Of a stretch of 32,000 nucleotides of DNA, positions 18,238-25,854 are shown piece after piece. Every line of letters begins with the position of its first letter. Positions within the stretch are counted from its first letter, which is position 1. Under the pieces are notes generated by a model. That model did no database searches, was not told where the DNA came from, and was given only the letters and a program-made list of their open reading frames with translations. The DNA comes from Clostridia bacterium (GTDB lineage Bacteria; Bacillota; DTU025): the NCBI GenBank assembly GCA_034926675.1, contig JAYFQW010000081.1, forward strand, positions 1 to 32,000, given 5' to 3'. Made by a program: the position numbers and the translations under genes.

Positions 18238-18943
18238 AACTGGGATGAGAGGAGAGGCGAGCGAGATGGCATGGCGCAGACTCGGGGGATTTCTGATGAT
18301 GGCGCTGCTCTGTGTGGTGGCGTCACTTCCCGCTGCTGCAGCTAACAAGGATGTCATAGTGCGGCTGGGGGACAGTGGGAGAACGACCTACCAGGGGGCA
18401 AATGGAGACACTGTGCTGGAGGGCGGTGTAAAGATCGAGTACGGCGACACTGTGATCACCGCCCAGCGAGCAGTTGTTAACATGGGAGCAGGTAAGGCGC
18501 ATCTCACAGGCGGCGTTACGCTGGTGCAGGGCGATGTCACACTCGGCTCCGACGCCATGGATGCTGACCTTAAGAAAGAGACCGCTGTGCTGACTGGAAA
18601 CGTGAAGCTTCAGAAGAAGGAGCAGCAGGCCGAGAAGGACTCATCCGGGAAGGCCAAGGTGTCGACGATCGTGATGACCTGTGCGTATCTGGACATCTCC
18701 ACTATCACTCAGGATTTCACTGCCACCGGGCCCGTGAGCATAACCGTGGATAAGCAGAAGGCGCAGTCTGCGAAGGCGACCTATTCCAACGCCCAGAAGG
18801 TCCTCGTGTTGACTGGTTCTGTGTTTATTCAGGGTGGAGACGGCGAGACCATCAAGTGTGATAAAGCCAGCCTACACACTGACAAAGAGGCAATTGAGGC
18901 CGAAGGCAAGGGAATGGAGATCACATTCGTGATCAAGGACTAG
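18230..18943 (+). CDS. lptA: LptA/OstA-like periplasmic bridge protein
   Basis: Signal peptide, then NKDVIVRLGDSGRTTYQGANGDTVLEGGVKIEYGDTVITAQRAVVNMGAGKAHLTGGVTLVQGDVTLGSDAMDADLKKETAVLTGNVKL (OstA-like repeats). Starts 8 nt inside lptC. Confidence 0.85.
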   Translation: MSRTGMRGEASEMAWRRLGGFLMMALLCVVASLPAAAANKDVIVRLGDSGRTTYQGANGDTVLEGGVKIEYGDTVITAQRAVVNMGAGKAHLTGGVTLVQGDVTLGSDAMDADLKKETAVLTGNVKLQKKEQQAEKDSSGKAKVSTIVMTCAYLDISTITQDFTATGPVSITVDKQKAQSAKATYSNAQKVLVLTGSVFIQGGDGETIKCDKASLHTDKEAIEAEGKGMEITFVIKD

Positions 18944-19002
18944 CTCCTCGACTATCCTACCAGTAAACCAAGGAATTCCCCGACATACTAGTGGGGCGAA
19001 CA

Positions 19003-19011
19003 TGCTATAAT
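19003..19011 (+). promoter_or_regulatory. Candidate extended -10 promoter (TGCTATAAT) upstream of the ABC permease
   Basis: The exact sequence TGCTATAAT lies in the only sizeable gap in this part of the lpt block, followed by GGGGG and an ATG at 19037. Confidence 0.45.
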
Positions 19012-19036
19012 CTCCGTGAATAGGGGGTTTAGCTGC

Positions 19037-21253
19037 ATGTTCGCCCTTTTGCGCGATGGGTTCGTCCGAGACGTGATCGCCGCAGTCCTTGTGACGATCA
19101 TTGTCGGGTCCGGCGCAGTGCTTGCTGTATCGAACGGCGCAGACCGGTTCTTCGGCCGCGCAGTCTCGGGCGTCCTCGGCGAAGATGGGGAGTACGACAT
19201 GGTTGTCCATGTAAGGGCCGAGGTCCGGCGTGAGGCTGCCCGCGCAATTGAATCTGACATCCCCCGGGAACTGCCGGGAGCGCGGGTGAAAGAGGGTGTG
19301 ACAGTCCTGTCGCGCTCGAATTTTCTTGTGGCGCTGCCGGAAAAGAATGCCGAATCATTTGATCGGCTCGTCCGCGTCGCAGCGGAAATCCCGGGATACG
19401 TTGGGTACACAGTAGTGATGGAGCCGAAGATCACAGTGAGCGGAGTGGGGCCTGGGGTGGCTCCCTTGATCACTCCTGAGCTTGAGAAGATCGATGGGGT
19501 CCTGTTCACTGTGCAAGCAGGCGGCGAGATCCATCTTGTGTGCGATTCGCCCGAGTCGGCTCAGTCGGCTGGCCGGACAGCGGAGGCGCTCCTCAGCAGG
19601 CGACAAGTGGTCGACATCAGAATGGCCCCGGGGAGCGAGGCGCTCCTCCCGGGCAGTCCAGCCCGGAGTGGACTTCTGGATGGGATCAGGCGCGGCGCGT
19701 CCAGTGGCGCGTCCAGTGGAACACATCACGGACTGTCAGATGCGGAGGTGCACGACGTCACGCCCGATGCAGCCATAGACGACTCGTCCAGATTAGCATC
19801 TACTCTTCAGAAGATGCGGGGGTTCCTGGAAACGTGGGGCCCAAAGGCAACTGAGTTCTCATCATCTCTTGACGAGGCAGAACAACTGCTTTCTGACTTC
19901 CACAGGGCGGTGCAGGGTGCACTGGTTGCAGCCGAGAGCTCTGAGAAGGCGCTGGCCGAGTATGAGAAGGCCCTGGATTCCCTGATCAGCCTGCAGCGTG
20001 CACTTGAAAGGATCGGTGTCGGCGAGCCCAGTCCGCTCCGGATCGACCCGGAGGCCATTGATTCACTTGTGGAACTGACCGACAAGGCCATTGCGGAGAT
20101 CGCGAGGCTACGCGAGACTGCGGAGGCAGTATCCCTGTTCACCACGAGGTACGATCCTCTGATGGGCAACCTGAAGCTGTGGGAGGGCAGGCTCGATTCC
20201 TTCGCGCGGAAGCTCGAGTTGATCCGCTCTGCGGCAAATGGCGCCGGAGGAGTGGCGGCCGTCCTGAACGACATGTCGACGGCTGCATCTGGGATTCTCA
20301 GGACATTGCAGGAGCTTGATGCAACGGGCCTTCGGCATAAGGTGGAGGCGGCGCGAGAAGACCTCTCTGTGGCCTCTGCGGTGGACGTAGAATCGATAGC
20401 CGCGAAGGTGAGAGAGATGAGAGACTCCATCCCAAAGCTATCTCCCGATGAAGCTGATGGCTCGATTCAGCTCATAGATAAGCTAGTGGAGGAGCAGCGG
20501 GAATTTGTTGGCAGGCTTCAGATTCTTGTGATCTCGGACGTCTCATCGAAGGAATTGACCAAGCTCTCCCGGCTTGCGGCGGGCCCATCGGCGGCAGCAT
20601 CCTATGCGTTGCCAGCAGGGGTAGTTCAGCCGGGAGTGAGATCCGAAGTCCGAACGCTCCTAGGCTCAGTGAGGAGCACAGTGGCTGGAATGACAGCTCT
20701 GGGAATCACCATTATGTCCCTGGTGTTCGACCACGCGGCGATCATATCCACGGCTGCGCACATGGGAGACCGACGGCGCGGGAGGCCGGCGCCGGGAGTG
20801 GCGGGCTGTCTGTACGGCGCCACGATCGGCGGCGTGACCCTGTGGGCCATCTCATTCATCGCCGGCGCTTCCGTAGCATCCCTGGGGCGACCTGCTCTTG
20901 CCGTTGTCGGAATGGCGACCGGTGCGACGGTGGCGATGATGGCGATGCGCGTATCCCCGGTGAACGCGGACGAGATCGAGGCCTGCGCAGCACTGGGCAT
21001 GAACCCCTCCGCGATTCTGCGCGAGGTAATCCTCCCAGCAGGCAAGCCGGGCGTTATCTCCCTTCTGAACAGGTCGCAGCTGGTATTCGCAGGATCCTTC
21101 CCCGACGGATTTGTGCAGAGTATAGGCGGCGTGGACGATGAGGGAGCAGTGGATCAAACTGGATGGGAGGTGGACACTGATGCTCAGCATGCGCCGACTG
21201 ACGCGCTCCTTCGGCCATCGGATAGCGCTCGCAAGCTTCAGCATGGATGTTGA
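19037..21253 (+). CDS. Unusual ABC-transporter permease: N-terminal TM, large extracytoplasmic coiled-coil domain, C-terminal TM bundle with EAA-like motif
   Basis: TM1 DVIAAVLVTIIVGSGAVLAV, then a ~500-aa soluble part including heptad-like segments (SSSLDEAEQLLSDFHRAVQGALVAAESSEKALAEYEKALDSLISLQRAL). The C-terminal hydrophobic segments are followed by NADEIEACAALGMNPSAILREVILPAGKPGV, resembling the cytoplasmic EAA loop of binding-protein-dependent permeases. Start chosen at ATG 19037, downstream of the candidate promoter (ORF track starts at 19016). Confidence 0.7.
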   Translation: MFALLRDGFVRDVIAAVLVTIIVGSGAVLAVSNGADRFFGRAVSGVLGEDGEYDMVVHVRAEVRREAARAIESDIPRELPGARVKEGVTVLSRSNFLVALPEKNAESFDRLVRVAAEIPGYVGYTVVMEPKITVSGVGPGVAPLITPELEKIDGVLFTVQAGGEIHLVCDSPESAQSAGRTAEALLSRRQVVDIRMAPGSEALLPGSPARSGLLDGIRRGASSGASSGTHHGLSDAEVHDVTPDAAIDDSSRLASTLQKMRGFLETWGPKATEFSSSLDEAEQLLSDFHRAVQGALVAAESSEKALAEYEKALDSLISLQRALERIGVGEPSPLRIDPEAIDSLVELTDKAIAEIARLRETAEAVSLFTTRYDPLMGNLKLWEGRLDSFARKLELIRSAANGAGGVAAVLNDMSTAASGILRTLQELDATGLRHKVEAAREDLSVASAVDVESIAAKVREMRDSIPKLSPDEADGSIQLIDKLVEEQREFVGRLQILVISDVSSKELTKLSRLAAGPSAAASYALPAGVVQPGVRSEVRTLLGSVRSTVAGMTALGITIMSLVFDHAAIISTAAHMGDRRRGRPAPGVAGCLYGATIGGVTLWAISFIAGASVASLGRPALAVVGMATGATVAMMAMRVSPVNADEIEACAALGMNPSAILREVILPAGKPGVISLLNRSQLVFAGSFPDGFVQSIGGVDDEGAVDQTGWEVDTDAQHAPTDALLRPSDSARKLQHGC

Positions 21254-21920
21254 AGAAGGTCAGACAGCTGTGATCATGGGGCCATCAGGCTGTGGGAAAT
21301 CCACGGTTCTCAGGAGCATCATCGCGCTTTCACGACCGGACTCAGGCGAGATACTGTGGCAGGGCAATTCGGTGCTGGATATGTCAGAGTCGGAACTCCG
21401 CCAGTTCCGGAGAAAGACCGGGTTCGTGTTTCAGCGGTCCAACCTCATAGGCAGGCTGAATGTGCTTCAGAACGTGATGCTTCCCGCCGTGATGGCTGGG
21501 ACCGGCATAGATGTGGCCCAATCATGGGCGATCGCGGCTCTGGAAGGAGTGGGTATGGAAGACCGCTCGTCAGCAAAGGTGACCGAGCTGTCAGGCGGAG
21601 AAATGCAGCGGGTGGCCATAGCCCGCGCGATTTCAGGCCGACCCAGATTGGTGCTGTGGGATGAACCCACTGCCTCTCTTGATCCCATCCTGGTAGTTGA
21701 CACGCTGAAGCTTATCGAGGGGCTGATAGATCGCCTGGAGGTGACCATGGTGGTAGTTACGCACGAAGTCAGCTTCGCTCGCCGAGTTGCCGACAGGGTC
21801 ATCTTGATGGAGCACGGCGCCGTAGTGGAGGAGGGTCCGCCCGACAAGGTTCTGGTGTCGCCCGAATCCCGACTTGGTGCGAGGTACGCTGGCTGCCTAT
21901 CTTACCTCGAGGGGCAATAG
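21180..21920 (+). CDS. ABC transporter ATP-binding protein (GlnQ/MlaF-like), partner of the upstream permease
   Basis: Walker A GPSGCGKST, Q-loop VFQRSNLIG, signature LSGGEMQRVAIARAI, Walker B RLVLWDEPTASLDP, H-loop VVTHE. The ATG at 21180 is preceded by GGGAGGTGG. The ORF-track start is 21138. Confidence 0.9.
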   Translation: MLSMRRLTRSFGHRIALASFSMDVEEGQTAVIMGPSGCGKSTVLRSIIALSRPDSGEILWQGNSVLDMSESELRQFRRKTGFVFQRSNLIGRLNVLQNVMLPAVMAGTGIDVAQSWAIAALEGVGMEDRSSAKVTELSGGEMQRVAIARAISGRPRLVLWDEPTASLDPILVVDTLKLIEGLIDRLEVTMVVVTHEVSFARRVADRVILMEHGAVVEEGPPDKVLVSPESRLGARYAGCLSYLEGQ

Positions 21921-21980
21921 AAGGAGAACGCGCTGGGCTGTAGAAATCCTCGTGTGCATGGGTATGGAGTGTGACGCGCA

Positions 21981-23255
21981 GTGGATATGATCTTGGTGGC
22001 AGGCGGACCCGGAGATACGCTGGGACTCGCCAGGCCTGCAGTGGAGATGGTGCGTAGAGCCTATCCTGCGGCTGATGTGTGGGTTTTCGTTGCGCCCGTC
22101 TCACGCGCCACCGGGCGAGAGGCACGGGTCGCATCGTCGTTTCCGGGGGTGAGGCGTGCTGTGCCGCCTTCGGAGTTCGTGAGATATCTCGCCACTGGAA
22201 TCCGGCCACCGGGTTTCGCGGCATCTGGGTCAGGAGTCGTAGTTCACCTCGGAGGCGGCATGACTTGGGCCGCCTGCCTGAGCAGGCGACTTCACTATCC
22301 GTTGGTTACATATTGCTCAAAGGCGATCCCTCCAGCTAGATCCGTAGCTCTGTATCTAGTTGAGGATGAACGGGCACAGGCCTCTCTCATCGCGAGTGGG
22401 GCTCCTGCTGAAAAGGTGCGGCCCGTTGGCAACCTCACTGCAGACAGCGCGGCGTTGAGTGTAAGCCGGAATGAGGCCAGAGCCCGGTTGGGAATTGGCG
22501 AGGACGATCGCCTCGTCGGGCTATATCCTGGGCTTCGGCCATCAGAGGTTTCCGCTATGGCGCCCTTCCTCTTCAGGACTGCAGAGCTCCTCTCCAGGGT
22601 TGAGCGGGGTGTGAAGTTCATCATGCCCCTCTCCCCTTTCGTGGGCACATCATCTCTGGAGCGGCTTTTTGCCATTCCGCGGGGCAAATCCAGGCCTGAG
22701 AGATCCTCTGCAGTGGTAGAGAAGAATGCTGGCCCCATTGAGGCCGTAACATCAGAGGGAATCAGGGTGCGCATCGAGACATCCGCGCGGCAGGAAACCA
22801 CAATTGCCTCGGATCTGGCCATCTGCACACCAGGTCCCATCTGCACTGAACTCGCAGCCAACGGTGTCGCCTATGTCGCGGTTATCCCCTCCAATCTTCC
22901 TCACGCTATGACACTCGGTGGGCTTGGGGGCCTTCTGTCGTCAGTCCCTCTCATCGGCGACGCCATTAGGAGCAGCGCGTACAAGCATGCCGCTGCTTCG
23001 TCGAAGTTCTTCACCATTCCGAACATCAAGGCCGGACGCATGGTGACTCCGGAGGTGGCCGGGGAGATAGGGCCCGAAGACGTAGCGATACCCTCTGTTG
23101 GGCTTCTCGGCGATCCTGCGCGTCGCGACAAGATCGGCCGCGAGCTGAGGGAGGCCGTGGGCGGCCCTGGCGCCTCTGGCAGATTCGCCAATCAGATTCA
23201 TCTCATCACTGGTCCGAGCTCACCGGCCAGTCTAGCTGGCCCAGGCCAGGGCTAG
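21981..23255 (+). CDS. Glycosyltransferase-like protein related to lipid-A-disaccharide synthase (LpxB)
   Basis: MILVAGGPGDTLGLARPAVEMVRRAYPAADVWVF, YLVEDERAQASLIASGAPAEKVRPVGNLTADS, LVGLYPGLRPSEVSAMAPFLFRTAELL, ASDLAICTPGPICTELAANGVAYVAVIP. This resembles the GT-B layout of LpxB-related proteins. Confidence 0.6.
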   Translation: MDMILVAGGPGDTLGLARPAVEMVRRAYPAADVWVFVAPVSRATGREARVASSFPGVRRAVPPSEFVRYLATGIRPPGFAASGSGVVVHLGGGMTWAACLSRRLHYPLVTYCSKAIPPARSVALYLVEDERAQASLIASGAPAEKVRPVGNLTADSAALSVSRNEARARLGIGEDDRLVGLYPGLRPSEVSAMAPFLFRTAELLSRVERGVKFIMPLSPFVGTSSLERLFAIPRGKSRPERSSAVVEKNAGPIEAVTSEGIRVRIETSARQETTIASDLAICTPGPICTELAANGVAYVAVIPSNLPHAMTLGGLGGLLSSVPLIGDAIRSSAYKHAAASSKFFTIPNIKAGRMVTPEVAGEIGPEDVAIPSVGLLGDPARRDKIGRELREAVGGPGASGRFANQIHLITGPSSPASLAGPGQG

Positions 23256-23484
23256 GCCGCATATATCCAACCCCATCCCGCTTACAAGACTCATCCCAGG
23301 AAACCCCGGGCATGTTCCAGGCCTGCTTGTGCAGGTGAGACCTGTTCATCTGTCGAAAGAGATCATAACATGGCCGGATTGCGCGCTCCACGAGGGAACC
23401 AAACTGCACCTATTAGCGTCATTACATGGGGCGAATGGCGATATCTGCACGGAGCAGGTCACAGCCGGTGGGAGTGTTCGGCAT

Positions 23485-24204
23485 TTGGGCATTCGCGGTG
23501 ATCAGCTGGTCAAGGCGTATGGCCGTCGCCGGGTCGTCGACGGCGCCAGTATAGCGCTTGAGCGCGGTGAGGTCGTCGGCCTCCTCGGACCGAACGGCGC
23601 TGGCAAGACCACTACCTTCTACATGATAGTCGGCCTTGAGTCGCCTGATTCCGGTTCTGTTGCAATCGATGGGGTAGATGTGACCGACTGCCCTGTCTGG
23701 AGGCGAGCGAGGCTCGGATTGGGCTATCTCGCGCAGGAACCGTCGGTGTTTCGCGGGCTCTCGGTGGAGAGCAATCTTCGAGCAGTTCTCCAGTTGGCGG
23801 GGGTTGCTCGAACTCAGGAAAGCGCAGATTTGGAGCGCCTGCTCTCCAACTTCGATCTGGCGAGGATACGGCGGCAGACTGGCTTGACCCTCTCGGGCGG
23901 AGAGAGAAGACGGGTGGAGATCGCGCGGGCGCTGGCCGCGTCTCCGTCATACATCCTTCTCGATGAGCCATTCACTGGCATTGATCCGATAGCAGTCGGA
24001 GAAATCCAGGAGATTGTAGGTAGGCTCAAACGCGCGGGCTTGGGTGTGCTGATCACCGACCACAACGTCCGCGACACGCTGGCCATAGTGGATCGTGCTT
24101 ACATAATGCACGAGGGCCGGATACTTGTTTCGGGATCTGCACGCGAAATCCTCAACGATCCGACTGCGAGACGGCTCTATCTGGGCGAACGGTTCACGCT
24201 TTAG
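23485..24204 (+). CDS. lptB: LptB, lipopolysaccharide export ABC transporter ATPase
   Basis: LVKAYGRRRVVDGASIALERGEVVGLLGPNGAGKTTTFYMIVGLESPDSG...GLGYLAQEPSVFRGLSVESNLRAVLQL...LTLSGGERRRVEIARALAASPSYILLDEPFTGIDPIAV...GLGVLITDHNVRDTLAIVDRAYIMHEGRILVSGS. The TTG at 23485 with an upstream GGTGGGAG is my preferred start; the ORF track starts at 23329. Confidence 0.93.
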   Translation: MGIRGDQLVKAYGRRRVVDGASIALERGEVVGLLGPNGAGKTTTFYMIVGLESPDSGSVAIDGVDVTDCPVWRRARLGLGYLAQEPSVFRGLSVESNLRAVLQLAGVARTQESADLERLLSNFDLARIRRQTGLTLSGGERRRVEIARALAASPSYILLDEPFTGIDPIAVGEIQEIVGRLKRAGLGVLITDHNVRDTLAIVDRAYIMHEGRILVSGSAREILNDPTARRLYLGERFTL

Positions 24205-24241
24205 ATCTAGCCCTGCCCGGGAGGGTTGCTAAGTGCCCGGT

Positions 24242-25555
24242 ATGGCGCTGATACTGGTTCTGGCTGTCACTGGCGGAGTCATCGCGTACGCTGGAGACCG
24301 TATTGGAATGAAGGTTGGGCGCAAGAGGCTCTCGATCTTCGGGCTCAGGCCTAAGTACACCTCCATTATAGTCGCAGTGATCACTGGTGTGGTCATTACA
24401 GCATGCACGCTGTTCGTACTCACTCTCGCATCTGAGAATGTCCGCACTGCTCTTTTCCGGATCAAGGAGATTCAGGACGCTCTCTCCACTGCCCATTCAG
24501 ATCTGGAGACGAAGCGTGCTGAGGCCGACGCCCTCTCAACCAGAGTCAAGGAGATTGCCGATGAGTACAACAACCTAGAGAGCCAGTTCGACGTGGTCAA
24601 CTCGGAGCTTTCCGAAGCGGTTGCAGAGAAGGCGAAGGCGCGTAAGGAACTCTCAGGAGTACAGGCGAAACTCACGGAATCTGAAGGCCGACTCGAAGAT
24701 GTGAAAGCCAGATTCGCACAGGCATCGGCTGGCCTCGGCAAGGCGAACGCCGATCTTCGCCAGGCTCGAGGGGATGTCGCTGGGCTTGAGGCAGAGAAAT
24801 CCGACCTGGAGCGAGATGTGGCGGCGCTATCCTCGGAGCAGGCGCGCCTGCAGGCAGAGGTCAGTGATCTCGACATGAATGTCCGCGCTCTCATCGAGCT
24901 TAATGCCAGGCTCCTCGAAACCAAGGAGACAGCGCTCATGGGACAGGTCATTTTCCGCGCCGATCAGGTGATTCTCGGAGCGACGATTGACTGCTCGCAG
25001 CGTCGCGACGCCATTGAGAACCAGTTCAACGGGTTCCTGCTGAAGGTGAACGAGATCGCAGTGAGGCGAGGCGCTAGTAGCGATGACCCGGGTGGGGATC
25101 CATTCGTGCTTAAGTTTGACGAGGCAAATGTGGTTGCCGCCCTCCAGAAGATTGCGCAATCCGATTCCAAAGTGATTCTCCGGGCAATGTCCCCCGTGAA
25201 CTCATGGTACGAAGCGCCGTTGCTTGTGTCCCTGCATGTGCTTCCCGATGCCAAGATCTACTCCGCTGAGGAGGTGATCGCATCGAAGATTATCGACGGG
25301 TCTATCGGGTCGAGCCGAATACAAGAGGACATGCTCGAGTTGGTGCAGGCTGTGAACAGTGCGTGCATAGCAGAGGGAATGGCAAGTGACGAGGAAGGCA
25401 AGATCGGTACGGTGATCACGATTTCGGAGTTCACATCGGCCATCATGAACATGGTCCAGCGTAACTCCAAGCAATTGGTGGAGGCCGTTGCAGTGCGCGA
25501 TATCTGGCGCAGCCAGATGTCGCCATCGATCAAGCTCGTCGTCAAGCCCATGTGA
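24242..25555 (+). CDS. DUF3084-like membrane protein with long coiled coil
   Basis: MALILVLAVTGGVIAYAGDRIGMKVGRKRLSIFGLRPKYTSIIVAVITGVVITACTLFVLTLASENVRTALF, followed by a heptad-rich region and the C-terminal GQVIFRADQVILGATID. Follows lptB. ORF-track start is 24233. Confidence 0.75.
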   Translation: MALILVLAVTGGVIAYAGDRIGMKVGRKRLSIFGLRPKYTSIIVAVITGVVITACTLFVLTLASENVRTALFRIKEIQDALSTAHSDLETKRAEADALSTRVKEIADEYNNLESQFDVVNSELSEAVAEKAKARKELSGVQAKLTESEGRLEDVKARFAQASAGLGKANADLRQARGDVAGLEAEKSDLERDVAALSSEQARLQAEVSDLDMNVRALIELNARLLETKETALMGQVIFRADQVILGATIDCSQRRDAIENQFNGFLLKVNEIAVRRGASSDDPGGDPFVLKFDEANVVAALQKIAQSDSKVILRAMSPVNSWYEAPLLVSLHVLPDAKIYSAEEVIASKIIDGSIGSSRIQEDMLELVQAVNSACIAEGMASDEEGKIGTVITISEFTSAIMNMVQRNSKQLVEAVAVRDIWRSQMSPSIKLVVKPM

Positions 25556-25854
25556 GCAATTGCGCCTCTAGCTTGGCCTGGTGAGGGCAAAAAACTCGCT
25601 CCCGGTGAAGGAGTTGAGTGCTGCCTTGGAGAATATCTGATAAGGATATGCTGTATCGACATTACCTGCGTTTCCGTGGTTTTCCGATTGAAGCTGGCTG
25701 AAAGGGGGCTCCCGAAACCAGTCGTCGCCAGCTGGACCTGTACGCAACGAGCCTCGCGCCGATCAACGTGCAAGCCTGAGGAAACATGACCACTCGGGCC
25801 AGCGCCAGATGGGGGCAGGCGTCTAGCGTTTACTATCACTAAGGGGGGAATCGC

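Noticed and set aside
23226-23484. N-terminal extension of LptB from 23329
   Set aside because: The extension reads MQVRPVHLSKEIITWPDCALHEGTKLHLL, unlike an LptB start. The domain begins just after TTG 23485, which has an SD-like GGTGGGAG.
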